64,000 nt of DNA from Chiloscyllium plagiosum (taxonomy: Eukaryota): NCBI RefSeq assembly GCF_004010195.1, contig NC_057718.1, positions 57,921,375 through 57,985,374 of the forward strand, in the 5' to 3' direction. The translations under genes were made by a program, and so were the position numbers. The notes below the pieces were generated by a model. The model was not told the DNA's origin, ran no database searches, and was given only the letters and a program-made list of their open reading frames with translations. Positions 37,104 to 51,288 of the stretch are shown here, piece by piece (positions within the stretch are counted from its first letter, which is position 1; every line of letters begins with the position of its first letter).

Positions 37104-37765
37104 CAGGTTTGCGGATGACACAAAAATAGGTGGGAAGTCAAGTGGTGAGGGTTACATAAAGAGTCTGCAGACAGATATAGATAGGCTAAGTGAATGGGCA
37201 AAAACTTGGCAGGTGAAAGATGAGAGGTTGTGCACACAAGGGAATGTTTTCCCATGAATCTAAAAAAAACTAGCATCCAAGTTCCTTGCATAATGGGGAA
37301 GGCAAATGGAATGTCAACATACATTTCAAAGGGAATGGGGTTATGAAAATAGGGACATCTTGCTAAAACAGAACAGGGCATAGTCAGACTGGAATGCTGT
37401 GAACAATTTTGGGCTCCTTATTTAAAGAAATATGTATTGGCATTGTAGACAATTCAGAGAAAGTTCACTGGGCTGATGGAGGGACTGTCTTATGAACATA
37501 AGTTGAGTAATTTGGGCCGGTAAGCATTAGAATTTGGAAGAATGAGATGTGACTTTGTTGAATCATAGAAAACTCTTTGGGGACTTGACAGCATAGATGT
37601 AAAAAGATTGTTTCCCTTCGAGGAGAGTGTAGGTCTAGAGGGAATAATCTTAGAATAAGGAGGTCACAAATTTAAGAAAAAGGTGAATCTGTGAAATTCT
37701 TTGCTGCAGATGGCTGTAAAGGTTAGGTGGTTGAGTACATTCAAATCTGAGATCAACAGATTTTT
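37104..37765 (+). mobile_element. Degenerate CR1 LINE fragment
   Basis: 'aggtttgcggatgacacaaaa' (FADDTK), 'LQTDIDRLSEWAKTWQ', and later an RMRxD-like motif. Confidence 0.8.
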
Positions 37766-37779
37766 ATGATGTGGAGGTG

Positions 37780-37826
37780 CATCAGGAAGGGCTTATGCCT
37801 GAAATGTTGATTCTCTTGCTCCTCAG
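37780..37826 (+). mobile_element. Short Penelope family A pLTR fragment
   Basis: 'gaagggcttatgcctgaaatgttgattctcttgctcctcag'. Confidence 0.6.
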
Positions 37827-38577
37827 TTTTGCTTATACCATTTGTTACATTCAAGAAAGTGCTAGTAAGACTGACAGAAAATTCAGGATAAATAAACGTT
37901 GGCAAACTTGGCACACAGTGGATGAAATGTCCAAAGTACATTTCTGATTTTGTCCTCTCAAAGAAATCCACTTCTTACACTCTATGGTATGAATAACATT
38001 AAATAGTTTTGCATGGGACAGCTCCAGTGTTCAGGAAAGTTAACATGTGACCTGTCCTCTTACAGTTACTATTGAGTCTGAATACTGCATCTTGCAGTGC
38101 ACCAGGCTTACAAAAGCCAGGTCTAAGTACATGTAAGTTGTACATGGAGATCATTCTCTCCAGACAGGGTAGCCTAGATGGAAGAACTATGGAGTAAAAT
38201 CTCCTTTGTTCACATTATGTGGAAATAAAGTAAAATTGTAAACATATTCTCCACAATTACCTGCAATCCAATTGGTAATAAAAGCCTTCTTCCTTGCTTG
38301 TATGGATATTGAGGAAAACTGCTTTTCTACATACTCAAAGAACAATTAAACAAAGGAAGGACTAATAATGTTTTAGCTACTTAGCTGCAATTGTGCTTAA
38401 GGAATTTGTCATTTATAGTCAGGGATGAACTCAGCCATTACCCATGGATTATATTTCATATTGATTGGATGAAAATAAAATTACAGGAAATGGATCAAGT
38501 TTGTGTAAACCCTTCACTGAATTCAGAGTTGAAGGAAATGTAGTTTCCGAGTCGTGAGAGGTCTACTCTAGTATGAT

Positions 38578-38780
38578 AGTGACCACGGTCCCAGAGGAGC
38601 ATAGGCTGCTATCTCATTTGAGAGACACAAGCGGTGCTGGGAGTCACCATGCTTTAACATAGTGGGGTGAGATTGAGAAGGTGCAGAGTATATGATGTCT
38701 TTGGCCTGTACAGGATTTAAACCCCACTGTAGGCATCATTCTAGATTGCAAACTAGCTATCCAAAACACCGAGCTAATCA
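38578..38780 (-). mobile_element. SINE of the same family as 435-712 (old copy)
   Basis: 'cataggctgctatctcatttgagagac...gtcaccatgc...ttgcaaactagctatcca...gagctaa'. Confidence 0.55.
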
Positions 38781-40079
38781 AACTCTCATCATTGCTTAAT
38801 GGTGTCAGCAAAGTGCAAACATCAACCTGAATCAAAGTGGAATAGTAACTGAAAGGAAACAGAATCATATAAACTCTGAAAATGATCTGGATAATATAAA
38901 CTGGTAAATGAAGCTGGTTTGGTAAAACATAGCCAGTTGGAAGCCCAGTCAAACGGCAGGAAAATGCACTTACCTCACAATACTAAGACTGTAGTTTGAA
39001 TATCCACTGGCAAGGTTCTTACATCTTTAGTCAATTGCTGCAGGAAATTCACAATACAAAGACAGTCCTGTAACTTTTCCAAGCTCATGAATGCAATACT
39101 GAAATAGCTTTTCTGCTTTCAGCATTGAAAATGATCAGCTTGCTGCACAATTCAGCATTTGACTAATAATTTCATCACTGTCAGCGATTGTCTTCATCCT
39201 CCATGTTTTATTTAATCACCTCTATCATTTTTTTCCATATCTTTGCTGCTGAATTTGAAAATATTGATATGCAATATAATACACAGCATTACAATGTGTG
39301 CACATGCAAAGAAGCAGGCCATTATTGGAGTCCTATGATTAGAGAGCAACTTGTGTATTCTGGTTACTTTTATTTGTAATGCATACACAATGAATTACTG
39401 GATTGCAGTAATAATGCAGTGCCATTAATCAAGTAATATGTTAGCACTGAGTGACTCAGACATTTCTTACTTCACAGTTTCTTCCTGTGTAAAAGATGCT
39501 TTCTTTTAATAGATTCATTATTAAGGAGCTAATAATAATAATAGTCTTGTAATAAGGCGTTAATTAAAATGAAATTGTCTCTATCTTGCTTCATCTAATC
39601 TTTGAAAATCTTTGGTTGGTTGGGACTCACCCACACCACTGCTCCCCACCTCCCCCCTCCACTTTTCCCATTAAAATTGGAAGTGCACGGGTTTGAATGA
39701 GTTAATGACAAAATTCGGAGTTTTATCTTCACAGTTGGCAAAACCTGTCCATTTTGGAGATTGAAAATGATCCCATCTCTTCAGTTTTTGAAAAAGCCGA
39801 CAATTTTTTTTTGCTGTACAGACAGTTCCTTTCATAAAATGTTTCTGAACTACTACACCGTTGCAATGCCACTGCTGTATGATATGTTGTAATGTGACCG
39901 AATCAGATGTTGTACCAATCAAAAGTTGGTTCTATCTTTAACTACAAGCTGGAAACTGGGTCATTTGGCAATTGTAGTTGCCCAGATATTTAACCAATGG
40001 TAAGCTGACATTGTCCCACAATTTGGTGGGGATCTCCGAGCATCACCTATTAATTTAGTTCCAGTCATAACTCTTCAAA

Positions 40080-41368
40080 AAATGAAGCAGATCATTCCCA
40101 CATACTGCGATGCCTTCTCAACTTTCAGGCTTGGACTAATAAGTGGCAAAAATCATTGTCATTATCTGACACTTGGATGGTACACAATCTTTAACAAGAA
40201 TGTCTAATCTGCTCCTTTTCACATCAACTAACGTTACCACTACCAAATCACCTGCCAATAGTGGTTTTTGTTCAGTGCAAAAATTGAATATTGCAGAGAA
40301 ATTATTGAACTTGTCAAAGCATTTCAGGACGATGTTGTTTTCCTTTTACATTGGTACTTCTTGCGAAACATCCTGGTGAATGTGAAATGAAATGGTTCAA
40401 TAAAATGTGCCTTTTTTCAGCAATTCACAAATCACCACCATCAATAACTTGGGAGTCACCAGAGGTTTAACTGGCCCAGTTGTATTTGCACTGTAGCTAC
40501 AAGAGCAGGCTAGAGGCCTGGAAATCTGTGAGGAGTAACTCATCTCCTAACTCCCTAAACCTTTCCACCATCTACAGGGTAAGAATTGGGCGTATGATGT
40601 AATACTGTTAATTTTCCTGAATAGGTGCAGCTCCAACAACACTCAAGAAGGCTGACATCACCCAGAACAAAGCACTTTATCCACCACTTCAAACCCCTGC
40701 TGTAATATGGCTGCAATGTATACCATTTACAAGATACACTATAGCAAGATTTTGGAGGAACTTAGATTAGATTACTTACAGTGTGGAAACAGGCCCTTCG
40801 GCCTAACCACTCCACACCAACCCGCCGAAGCGCAACCCACCCAGACCCATTCCCCTACATTTACCCCTTCACCTAACACTACAGGAAATTTAGCATGGCC
40901 AATTCACCTAACCTGCACATTTTTGGACTGTGGGAGGAAACCAGAGCACTCGGAGGAAACCCACGCAGACACGGGGAGAATGTGCAAACTCCACATAGTC
41001 AGTCGTCTGAGGCAGGAATTGAACTTGGGTCTCTGGCGCTGTGAGGCAGCAGTGCTAACCACTGTGCCACCGTGCCACCAGACACCTAGAAGAACAGGGC
41101 AGTAGGCACATGGGAAGAATGCTAGCTCCAAGTTTGTATCTATGTTGCACATCATCCTGACTTCGACACTTATTAGCATTCCTTCATCATTAGTGCATTA
41201 AAACCTCGGAAATCTCTTCCCATCAGCACTATGAGAGTATTTGTATCACATAGACTGCAACAATTCAAGAAGATGGCTAAATACCATCTTCACAGGGGAA
41301 TTTATGGATGGAATAATAAATACTTGCCTTGCCAGTGATGCCAATATCCTGTGAAAGAAAGGAAAAAA
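40080..41368 (+). mobile_element. Degenerate CR1-clade LINE 3' part (same family as 2660-4295), interrupted by HE1
   Basis: 'tccaccatctacagg...ggtgcagctccaacaacactcaagaag' and tail 'aataaatacttgccttgccagtgatgccaatatcctgtgaa'. Confidence 0.75.
40762..41079 (-). mobile_element. Full-length HE1 V-SINE
   Basis: tRNA head (tggcacagtgg; ttcaattcc), V-domain 'tggagtttgcacattctccccgtgtctgcgtgggtttcctcc', CR1-like tail ending in (taatc)n. Confidence 0.93.
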
Positions 41369-42923
41369 TAGATTGGAATATTAACTAACCTGTGCTGAGC
41401 AGATCAAAAAGCCACCCATCCAAAATCAACATGAAACTTCGTAAAGTATGCATGTCAGATGTTCCCGACATCGTCGGGAACAACTGCATTTTTTCAATTG
41501 GTAAACAGCAGCACAATAGTTTAATGGTGTGTGAAACAAGATTTAATATATGCAGCACCCAACTATGGTACTGACAGGAGTTAACCACTTGTTGTCCAGA
41601 CAATGGGGCTGGTACCCCTGTCAGGCCAACAAAATCCAGCCACAAGTTTTGAAGTTTCCCAACATAACCATGACCTCTTATCTTAACATCATCCTAATTA
41701 ATTGCTTCCTATTTTCAATAGTTCTAATATTCTTTCCATGATAGTATCTTAAAACTGCATGCTGCATGTCAACTGGGACAGATTTCTCTTAGCATCCTTG
41801 TTTTGCCCCCAAATATTAAAAAAAAATCCAATTCCCCTATTTTAAGGTATTTTTCTATTTTGCTTTTAGCCCTGGAAAAAGAGATAAGTCATTATCTGGC
41901 TCAGGTCCTGACTGAACAGTCCTTTCATAGCATCGATGCAGCAGATTTTCAGTTAATGTTCGAGACACTTTTCCTGTTGCTGTAAAGTGAATAGGTTTTC
42001 AGTATTATTTAGTGCAAGTCTCCAAAATTTCTTTAGGAATGTTTTAATGACGTGGTTTAAAATGGTTTCATTCAACAAGCAAAATCAGGAATTCATTGTT
42101 TTGATTCTAGTGACCGATTGGTCAGTAACCAGACAAATTCTGCACATTAATGATCTCTGATATGTTTTATTTCTTGCATCCCCATCTACTGAAGTAATTA
42201 ACAAAAGAAAGAAAGAAGATGAAGAAACATTTCAGACACTGTATTCCAAATTATGACAAATTGCTGCAATTTGACTTTTGAAGATTTGTGGATCTGTATT
42301 CTATTTCTTCTTGATTTCCTACTTTTCAGGTTAATTTCCATTTTAATCATCAAACATATTACCTCCCATTTAGCTGTATTGATTTGTTTCTGTCACTTAT
42401 CTGCTCATATTTATAACTTATTTATGTCCTGCCATCTCCCACATTCTTTCCCTTAAGTTTCTCTGTCCTTGAATTTGATATTTTCAGCAAACTGCTATGA
42501 TACCAGCTATACTCATGACCAAACCATCCATTCACTATGAATTCCATATAATATAAGGTAAAGACCAGAATTTGGCACCAATGAATACTTATTCTATGTT
42601 TGTCTGTATTGTTTCCACACCACTCAATCATACTTTACATGTTCCCCTTTTACTGAAACTAAGTTGAATTTGGATCACAAAATTTAACATCAGTCATAAT
42701 TCACTGATCTAAGAGTTTTGACTTATATGTATCAAAATGTCTGCACAACTAACAAGGTACAATTATTTCATTCAACAATTGCACCCCCCCCCAATACCCC
42801 AACCTTGCCACCATCCCTAGAAATAATCATTTGCTACCTGCTTAAAACTGATGAGTTTCTATGCATTTGTGACCACTTGAATGAAGTGTTAATCAACACA
42901 ATAAACCTTTTTGCTGAGCTGAA

Positions 42924-43222
42924 TTAGAATCCCTACACCTCAGGTACAGGCCATTTGACCCATCGAGTCTGCATCAAACCTCCAATGAGCAACACACCAA
43001 GACTCTAAGCTCACATGAAGCGTGGCTAATCCACCTAGCCCAGACACCCCTGGACACGATGAACAATTTAGCATACCCAATCCATCTAACCTTGGATAGT
43101 GGAAAGAAACTGGAGCACCTGGAGGAAACCTATGCAGACACGGGAGAATTTGAAAACTCAACACAGATTGTTACTCCAGGCTGGAATCAAACCTGGGTCC
43201 CTGGTGCTTTGAGACGGCATTG
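42924..43222 (-). mobile_element. HE1-type V-SINE (diverged)
   Basis: 'aactggagcacctggaggaaacctatgcagacacgggagaat' V-domain in reverse. Confidence 0.85.
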
Positions 43223-44194
43223 CACAGACTTTTTAACTATGCTACTTGGCTGCAGATCATATGTAATAGTTAAAAGAAAATAGCAATTCAAACCTCCACC
43301 AATTTACATTTATTATAGAAGCCAATATGCAAGGGGAAGGTTAAACACATTCAATAATTTTGCTGTTCTTGACAAAATATTTTAATTGCAATCAGTTCTC
43401 ATTGTAAACAAAAACATAATTTTTGGGAGACAAATAATCTTTATCTAGTGTTCTGACAGCTACAGTCCGAAACTCAATTACTGTGGATTATATTAGTTTC
43501 AACACATACTAAATTATTGGTCATTGAACATCGAGAAATTCCACTGAAGCAGTTACATTAGATAAATCATGACTTGATTTCAATTCAAGAACTAACTTCA
43601 TCATTTTAATCACTTCATTCAAACCTTCATTTGCTGACCGATAAAGCTATGAACTTCTCCAGTATTTTAGACAAGCAGCTTTTAATAATCATTCTTTCAG
43701 ACCATTTTTAATAAAAGAGTTGGATCTGAAGCTAAAGTTCTAACGGGATCTATCTAAAGAGAAAGGAGTAGAGCTGCCATTGGGATTTTCTTGTCCTCTG
43801 CTGTCATTTCAAAAGAGAAGTTGGCAAAAACGTCAGGTAAAGGTAAATTAACAATTCCATTGTTTCACAATTCCAATGTAATCTCATAGTGGCATGACAC
43901 AGTATTGTACAGTTGATCAACTGATTTCTGCCCTGTTCTTTCCCCATAACCCTGTAATCTTTCACTTCAATAGTTATCCATTCCCTTTTTGAACTTTTTC
44001 ATTCAATCTACTTCTAAACTCCATTCAGGTACTTGCTATGCAAAAAAAAACTTTTTTCTCTGTTCGTTTTGCAAACAATTTAAGACTGGGACCTCTGATT
44101 ACTGATTTCTCCGCCATTGGAACTGCCACGAGAATCAGCCCAAAGATGAATAAATATTGTCTTTCTCTGAAATAAATTGTATCAAATCAAACTG

Positions 44195-44504
44195 AAGAAC
44201 ACAGTGGCTGACTGGTTAGCACTGCTGCCTCACAGCACCAGGGTCCCAGGTTCGATTCCAGCCTTGGGTGACTGTCTGTGTGGAGTTTGCACATTCTCCT
44301 TGTGTCTGTGTGGGTTGCATCTGGGTGCTCCGGTTTCCTCCCGCAATCACAAAGATGTGCAGGACAGGTGAATTGGCCATGGCAAACTGCCCGTAGTGTT
44401 AGGTGCATTAGTCAGAGGGGAAATGGGTCTGGGTGTGTTACTCTTTGGAGGGTCGGTGTGGACTGGTTGGGCCAAAGGGCCTGTTTCCATGCTATAGGGA
44501 ATCT
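44195..44504 (+). mobile_element. HE1 V-SINE with 10-bp TSD
   Basis: A and B boxes (ggttcgattcc), V-domain and tail; aatcaaactg at 44185-44194 and 44505-44514. Confidence 0.93.
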
Positions 44505-45104
44505 AATCAAACTGTTCACTTCACTAAGAAAAGGGTCTCAACTGTTAACTAGGAATCTGCTGCATAACAATAATTGGAAAGGATTATTTAATCAGGTGCC
44601 TAGACAAATAGTGCCTAAGCTCTTTTCATTCATTCTGAAATAAATTTTGATATTAAGAGTCTGTAATATGTTTCTTTTCATTCTTTATGAATATTTATCT
44701 TGCTTGAAAAAAATGTTTTCTGTTGTAGCTCGGTGCCTCACAATCTTTGTAGCTCTTCAGTCACATAGTCTATTGCGTATATTTTTTCAGACTGCATAAA
44801 CACCAGTCACATTGGTAAAGGCTTTGTTGATGGTATATTTGACAGGCTGTTTCACTGAAGAAGGTGAATACTAAATAACAAAAAATATATCGGCATATGT
44901 GAAACAATTTAAAATACTATTGCTTTGCTTTTGCTCTGAATTTAAAATTAATCAAAGAGGGTTATTAAATATTAAATAACCTGCTCTTGTCTGAGACTCT
45001 ACAATGACAATAGAGTTGGCAAGTATCTAAGTGTTTGTGTTACTTATTTATACAAACTTCCTACATACTTGGAAATGTGACTTTCTCATACCAGATCAAA
45101 TTAT

Positions 45105-45470
45105 GGTTCAGGTAGGGAGAATGCCATTCAGTCTCTTGAACGTTCAATCATGGCTGATCTGTATGCCATCTACTTGTCCTAACTCTTAATACACTCGACT
45201 AAGAAAAGTCTGCCAGTTTGGCATTCTCTATTGACTAGCCTTTCTAAGTATTTGGGGAACAACTTTCAGACTTCCACTGTCCTTCATGTGAAAAAATATT
45301 TTGAAGCATCATTGCTGAATGTACTAACTCTAACGTTTTAGATATCCAAACTCCCTTTCATTTTTGGACTATCTCACAAAGAAAACGTTCTTTTTGTAAT
45401 CTTCTACATAAAATCTTGTAATCATAAGCAATTTAATGAGAAACATTCTTAGTCATTTATATTAAAGGGA
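45105..45470 (-). mobile_element. Very degenerate CR1 3' fragment
   Basis: 'gccattcag...atcatggctgatct...tgtgaaaaaat' pattern of a CR1 3' end in reverse. Confidence 0.5.
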
Positions 45471-45741
45471 AATAATCAGTTTGATTTTCTCCTTTGGGGC
45501 AGGAATCAAGGGTGGAGCCATTTCCCGAAGTTGTGAACCTACCTCCTGAGTGGCAGTGTCTGGTTTGAGCTGATACAAACCTCAGACTTCATGAGTTAAG
45601 TTGTTACAAGGTTTAGGACTCTGGATTCTGCTCTGCACTGCTGAGAAACTGCTCCCTCAGATTGTACTGTCTCCAGTCTTAATGTGCTGCATATAGATCT
45701 CAGTCTTATGTAAGTATGACTGTTCTTGGATTAGCAGGCAT

Positions 45742-46063
45742 TTATGACAATGCAGTGGTTTTAAGAGGGATGTTTTGACCTGGTTTCTTTTAGAGAAAGA
45801 TTGGGGGTCAGGTGATGAACAGTTTATGAGAAGATAAACAACTTGTAAAGTCTTCGGTGTTTTTTGTTTAAAGCTGGAATAACAGAACGGGCTTGGTCAA
45901 GCTGTCACCTACAGAACCAGGGATTATTAATTTTTAGTTTGCAGCAATGGGTTGCTGTTAGGGTCTTGGAGAAGTGGAAGCTACACTTCCCTCTCTTGAC
46001 TACAGCCAAAAGCTGGGGGTTCTCTTCCGAGGCTGCTGTGTTACAAGAGACAGTAATCCAAGA
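45742..46063 (+). mobile_element. Partial LTR related to the element A LTR, truncated by CR1
   Basis: Starts 'tatgacaatgcagtggttttaagag...ctggtttcttttagaga', similar to 25407 onward. Confidence 0.5.
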
Positions 46064-49000
46064 TGGAGTGTGGAAAAAATCATGGCAGTAAGAGCTGCTT
46101 CTTTTTTGAGACATTTTCAGTGTTGGAGCTGATTTCCTCAAATTTTAGAATCAGTAATTACTGTGTTATATGCTGTTACATTATTTTGGAACTTTGAGGA
46201 AAAAAAGATCGAAATAATGATACTTTAAAAAGGAGGACAGTCAGACAGAGGGCAGTGACCACATAGGCAGTGAGTCAAATAGAGTAAAGAACCTACCCTG
46301 CTGTCTGACCCAGCAGTAACCTGCACAGCTGCTGCCTTTGCTCTTTGTTTTCAAGTGTCTCTGGACATTGGAATTTGTTCTAAGAAACATAAACAAACAG
46401 CGAAATTCACAGCTGACCTTGGAGAAATCTGTATGTGGGAGAGCTCACAGCACGAGCAGATAAATGGCTTTTTAAAGTGCAACCTTATTATTTATATTTT
46501 GTCAATTCACAATAGCGAGTAGAGTTTTTTTTAATGATGTTATTAAGATCTGTCTCTTGATTAAACTTGAAAAATATACAAACATAAGTATTAAGTTAAC
46601 TTGGAGCAGTGTTTTTAGAGCAGTAAGATGGCGCTATGTTTCAGGTCTGTGGATTGTTAAGGAGCAAAGATGCCCTTTAGTAGAGTGATGTGCTCTTCCT
46701 GTCAGATGTGGGAGTTTAGGGAGAGTTCCCATGTTACTGATGATTATGTCTGCAGGAAGTGTCCTGGGTTGCGAATCCTATCGAATTGCATGGATTGGTT
46801 AGAGTGGCAATGAGGAATCTACAGGAACTAGGGGGTATGATAGATGGCAGTTGCAGGGAGGGAGATAAACTGAAGATACAGTCAAGTAGATGAGTGACCT
46901 CCAGGAAAGATAGGAGAGGGAGGCAGGTTGTACAAGAGTTTCCTGTGGCTATCCCAATCTCAAACATGCTGTTTTGGAAAATATAGGGGCGTGATGGACT
47001 CTCAGGTGAATAGTTTGTGGTATCAAGACTGGCTTTAATATAATGAGAGGTATACAGGTTCCAAGTGATTGATTGTGATTGGAGACTCTCCAGTCAGAGG
47101 CACAAATAGACATTTCTGTGGCCAACAGCAAGACACCAGAATGGTGTCTGAGAGACAGAATCAAAGATATCTCAGAGTGAGTGCAGAACATTCTCAAAGG
47201 TGTGCAGGACCAGCAGGAGGTCATTGTATACATTGGAATTAACGACACAGGAAGTGAAAATGATGAGATTCTGAGGAGAGAATATAAGAAGTTAGGCAGT
47301 AAATTATAAAGGAGGTCCTCCAGGGTAATAGTATCTGGATTACTCCCAGTGCCACAAGCTGGTGAGAATAGGAATAGCAGGTTAGAGCAAATGAATGTGT
47401 GGCTGAGGAGCTGGGACAGGGGAGAAGGATTCACATTTTTGGATCATTGCAATATTTTCTGTGGTAGAAGTAATCTAAATTGCCCGTAGTGTTAGGTAAG
47501 GGGTAAATGTAGGGCTATGGGTGGGTTGCGCTTCGGCGTGGCGGTATGGACTTTGTTGTTGGGGGGGGGGGGGGGGGGGGAGGGGTATGTGGGGTGCAGG
47601 GAGATAGTGTGGAAAGTGATCTGCCTGAGAATGGTATAGTTGGGAAAAAGAGACAGTCAAACAGACAGTGGCAGTCAGGAACCAAGTAGAGAACGAGGTA
47701 GGACTGATAAATTAAACTGAAATTATTTCAATGCAAGAGGCCTAAGAGGTAAGGCAGATGAAATCAGGGTATGGTTGGGAACATGGGATCATAGCGATTA
47801 CAGAGATATGGCTCAGGGATGGATAGAACTGGCAGCTTAATGTTCCAGGATACAAATGCTACAGGAAGAACAGAAAGGGAGGCAAGAGAGGAGGGGGAGT
47901 TGTGTTTTTGATTAGGGATGACATTACAGCTGTATTTAGGGAGGATGTTCTTGGGAATATGTCTAGGGAAGTTATTTGGATAGATCTGAGAAATAAGAAA
48001 GGGATGATCACTTTAGTGGGAATGTACTATAGACTCCTCAATAGTCAGCTGGAAATTAAGAAACACATTTATAAGGAGGTCTCAGTTATCTGTAAGAATA
48101 ATAAGGTGGTTACTGTAGGGTATTCTAACTTTCCAAACATAGACTGGGACTGCCATATTGTTAAGGGTTTAGATGGAGAGGAATTTGTTAAGTGTGTACA
48201 TAAAAAGTTTCTGATTCACTATGTGAATGTACCTACTAGAGAAGGTACAACACTTGACCTATTCATGGGAAATATGGCAGGGCAGGTGACTGAGGTGCCA
48301 GTGGAGGAGCACTTTGGAGCCAATTACAATAATTCTATTAGTTTTAAAGTAGTGATGGAAAAGGATAGACAGGATCTAAAAGTTAAACTTCTAAACTGGA
48401 GGAAGGCCAAATTCCACATTAGGCAAGAATTGTCAAAAGTTGATAAGGGGCGGAGGTTCTCAGGTAAAGGGATAGATGGAAAATAGGAAACGTTCAAAAA
48501 TGAGATAATGAGAGTCCAGAGACAGTATGTTCATGTTAGGGTGAAGGACAAGGCTAGTAGGTGTAGGGAATGCTGGATGACTAGAGAAATTAAGGGTTTG
48601 CTCAAGAATAAGATGGAAGCATATGTCAAGCATAGCCAGTAGAGAATGAATGATTCTCTAGAAGATTATAAAGGCAGTAGGAGTATAATTAAGAGGGAAA
48701 TCAGGAGAGTACAAAGGGGACATGAGATAGCTTTGGCAAATAGGATTAAGGAGAATCCAAAAGGAGTCTACAAATATAGTAAGAGGCAAAAGAGTAACAA
48801 GGGAGAGAATATGGCCCCTTAAATATCAGCAAAGCAGCCTATGTGTGGAACAGCAAGAGATCGGAGAGATACTAAACGAGTATTTTACATCAATGTTTAC
48901 ATGGAGAAAGATATGAAAGGTAGAGAACATGGGGAAATAGATGGTGACATCTTGAAAAATATTTATATTACTGAGGAGGAGGTAGTGAATGTCTTAAAAT

Positions 49001-50494
49001 GCATAAAGGTGTATAAATCAGGGACCTGATCAGGTGTACCTTTGAACTCTGTGGGAAGCTAGGGAAGTGATTGCTGACCCTCTTGCTAAGATATTTGTAT
49101 TAACGATAGTCACAGGTGAGGTGCCATAAGACTGAAGGTTGACTAACATGGTGCCACTATTTAAGAAATGTTGTAAAGAAAAGCCAGGGAACTATAGACA
49201 GGTGAGCCTGGCATCGGTGGTAGGCAAGTTGTTGGAGAGAATCCTGAGGGACAGGATTTACATGTGTTTGGAAAGGCAAGAACTGAATAGGGATAGTCAA
49301 TATGGCTTTGTGCATGAGAAATTGTATCTCACAAACTTGATTGAGTTTTTTGAAGAAGTAACGAAGAGGATTGATGAAGGCAGGGCAGTAGACATGATCT
49401 ATATGCACTTCAGTAAGGCATTTGATAAGGTCCCTCATGGTAGACTGCTCAGTAAGGTGAGATCTCATGGAATACAGTGAGAACTAGCCATTTGGATACA
49501 GAACTGGCTCGCAGGTAGAAGACAGAGTGTGGTTGTGGAGGGTTGTTTAGCAGACTGGAAGCTGTGACCAGTGGTGTGCCACAAGGATTGGTGCTGGGTC
49601 TACTACTTTTCGTCATTTATATAAATGATTTGGATGTGAACACAGGAGATATAGTTAGTAAGTTTGCAGATGACACCAAAATTGGAGAGTAATGGACAGT
49701 GAAGAAAGTTATCTCAGAGTACAATGGGATCTTGATCAGGTGGGCCAATGGGCAGATAGAGTTTAATTTCGATAAATGTGAGATGTTGTATTTTGGAAAT
49801 GCACAATGGTAAGGTCCTGGGGAATGTTATACTGAGCAAAGAGACCTTGGAGTGCACATTCATAGCTCCTCAAAAGTGGAGTTACAAGAAGATAGGATAG
49901 TGAAGAAGGCATTTGGTATGCTTTCCTTTATTAGTCAGAGCACTGTGTACAGGAGTGGTGAGGTCATGTTGCAGCTGTACAGGACATTGGTTTGGCCACT
50001 TATGGAATATTGTGTGCAATTCTGTTCTCCTTCCTATCGGAAGGATGTTGTGAAACTTGAAAGTATTCATAATAGATTTACAAAGATGTTGCCAGGGTTG
50101 GAGGAGTTGTGCTATAGGGAGAGACTGAATAGGCTGGGACTATTTTCCCTGGACAGTCTGAGGCTGAGGGGTGACCTTATAGAGGTTTATAAAATCATGA
50201 AGGGCATGGATAGGATAAATAGAAAATGTGAGAGGGGAAAGATATAAAAGGACCTAAGGGGCAACCATTTCACACAGAGGGTAGTACGTGTATGGAATGA
50301 GCTGCCAGAGGAAGTGGTGGAGGCTGGTACAATTACAGTGATTAAAAGGCATCTGGATGAGTATATGAATAGGAAGGGTTTAGAGGGATATGGGCCAAGT
50401 GTTGGCAAGTGGGACTAGATTAGATTAGGATATCTGGTCAGCATGGACGAGTTGAACTGCAGGGTGTTTCCTTATTGTACATCGCTATGACTCT
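46064..50494 (+). mobile_element. Full-length CR1 (HER1-like) LINE, disabled
   Basis: Same family as 20261-24590: taatccaagatggag start, ORF1 zinc finger plus esterase from about 46670, EN 47902-48486, RT 49139-49480, tail ctatgactct. Confidence 0.95.
47475..47560 (+). mobile_element. HE1 internal/3' fragment inside CR1 ORF1, followed by a 20-nt G run
   Basis: 'ctaaattgcccgtagtgttaggtaaggggtaaatgtaggg...gggttgcgcttcggc'. Confidence 0.8.
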
Positions 50495-51288
50495 AAAATT
50501 GTTTGCTGATTATGTGACAATGCAGTTCAGTGAGGCTTGTCACTGGATAGAATTGTGCAGCAGTGTATTGGATGAGCTGGAATTTACAACTAATAAGGAT
50601 GGAGACATCTCTGAAGAGCAATGAGATAATTGATTCTGTACGTGACATGGAGTTTCAGTGGCAGGTATTTTGAGTTAAATGTAGAAAGCCAGTGAATCGA
50701 CACAGGTAGAAGTGGTTAATATTTGTGAAGAAAGGAAATAAGATAGAAACAGAGCTTAAAGTCATATAGAACATGAGGTGGTGAAGAGTTTGGTTCAGCC
50801 CAACATTGTAGCCAGGAAAAGGAAATAGAAAATGCAGTCCCACATCCTGCAATAATTAGACATACTCCCAATTCTTGGTTACAATGAAATAATGCCTTCC
50901 AGTTCCTCTTTGGGCAATATAAGTTCTGACAATTTAAGAACTAGGTTGATCGCTTTTTTAATGACCATGGCTTTTGACTTCTTATCCATAATGAGACACC
51001 CTTGAGTTTTGGGAGGTTATGCCATTAAACTGGTGCTCTGTTGAAATAAGAGTTTTAATTTTCTGCAGAACCTTGGATTTCTGGACCAGATGTTTTTTGT
51101 CCCAATTATATCCCGAATTTGTGGACATTAGATTTTTCCCATGGGATCTTTCACAGCTTATTTTTAATCTGTGTAAGCAAACCTTTACTCTCAACCTGCT
51201 GATACGTCAGTGTTGAAATATGTAAACTCGTTACTTCAATTTGTAGTTGAGGTTAAACAGCTTCATATCTCCTCTGTGGCTCTCTTAC

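Noticed and set aside
44199..44265. tRNA-like sequence with A and B boxes
   Set aside because: HE1 SINE head followed by the V-domain; not a tRNA gene.
44729..44870. Plus-strand acceptor-like site suggesting a coding exon
   Set aside because: Stops in all three frames from the first acceptor; the alternative 24-nt unit is uninformative.
47561..47580. Poly-G runs (also at about 24279-24295 and 56236-56246)
   Set aside because: Homopolymers inside decayed TEs; likely slippage or sequencing error, with no evidence of function.
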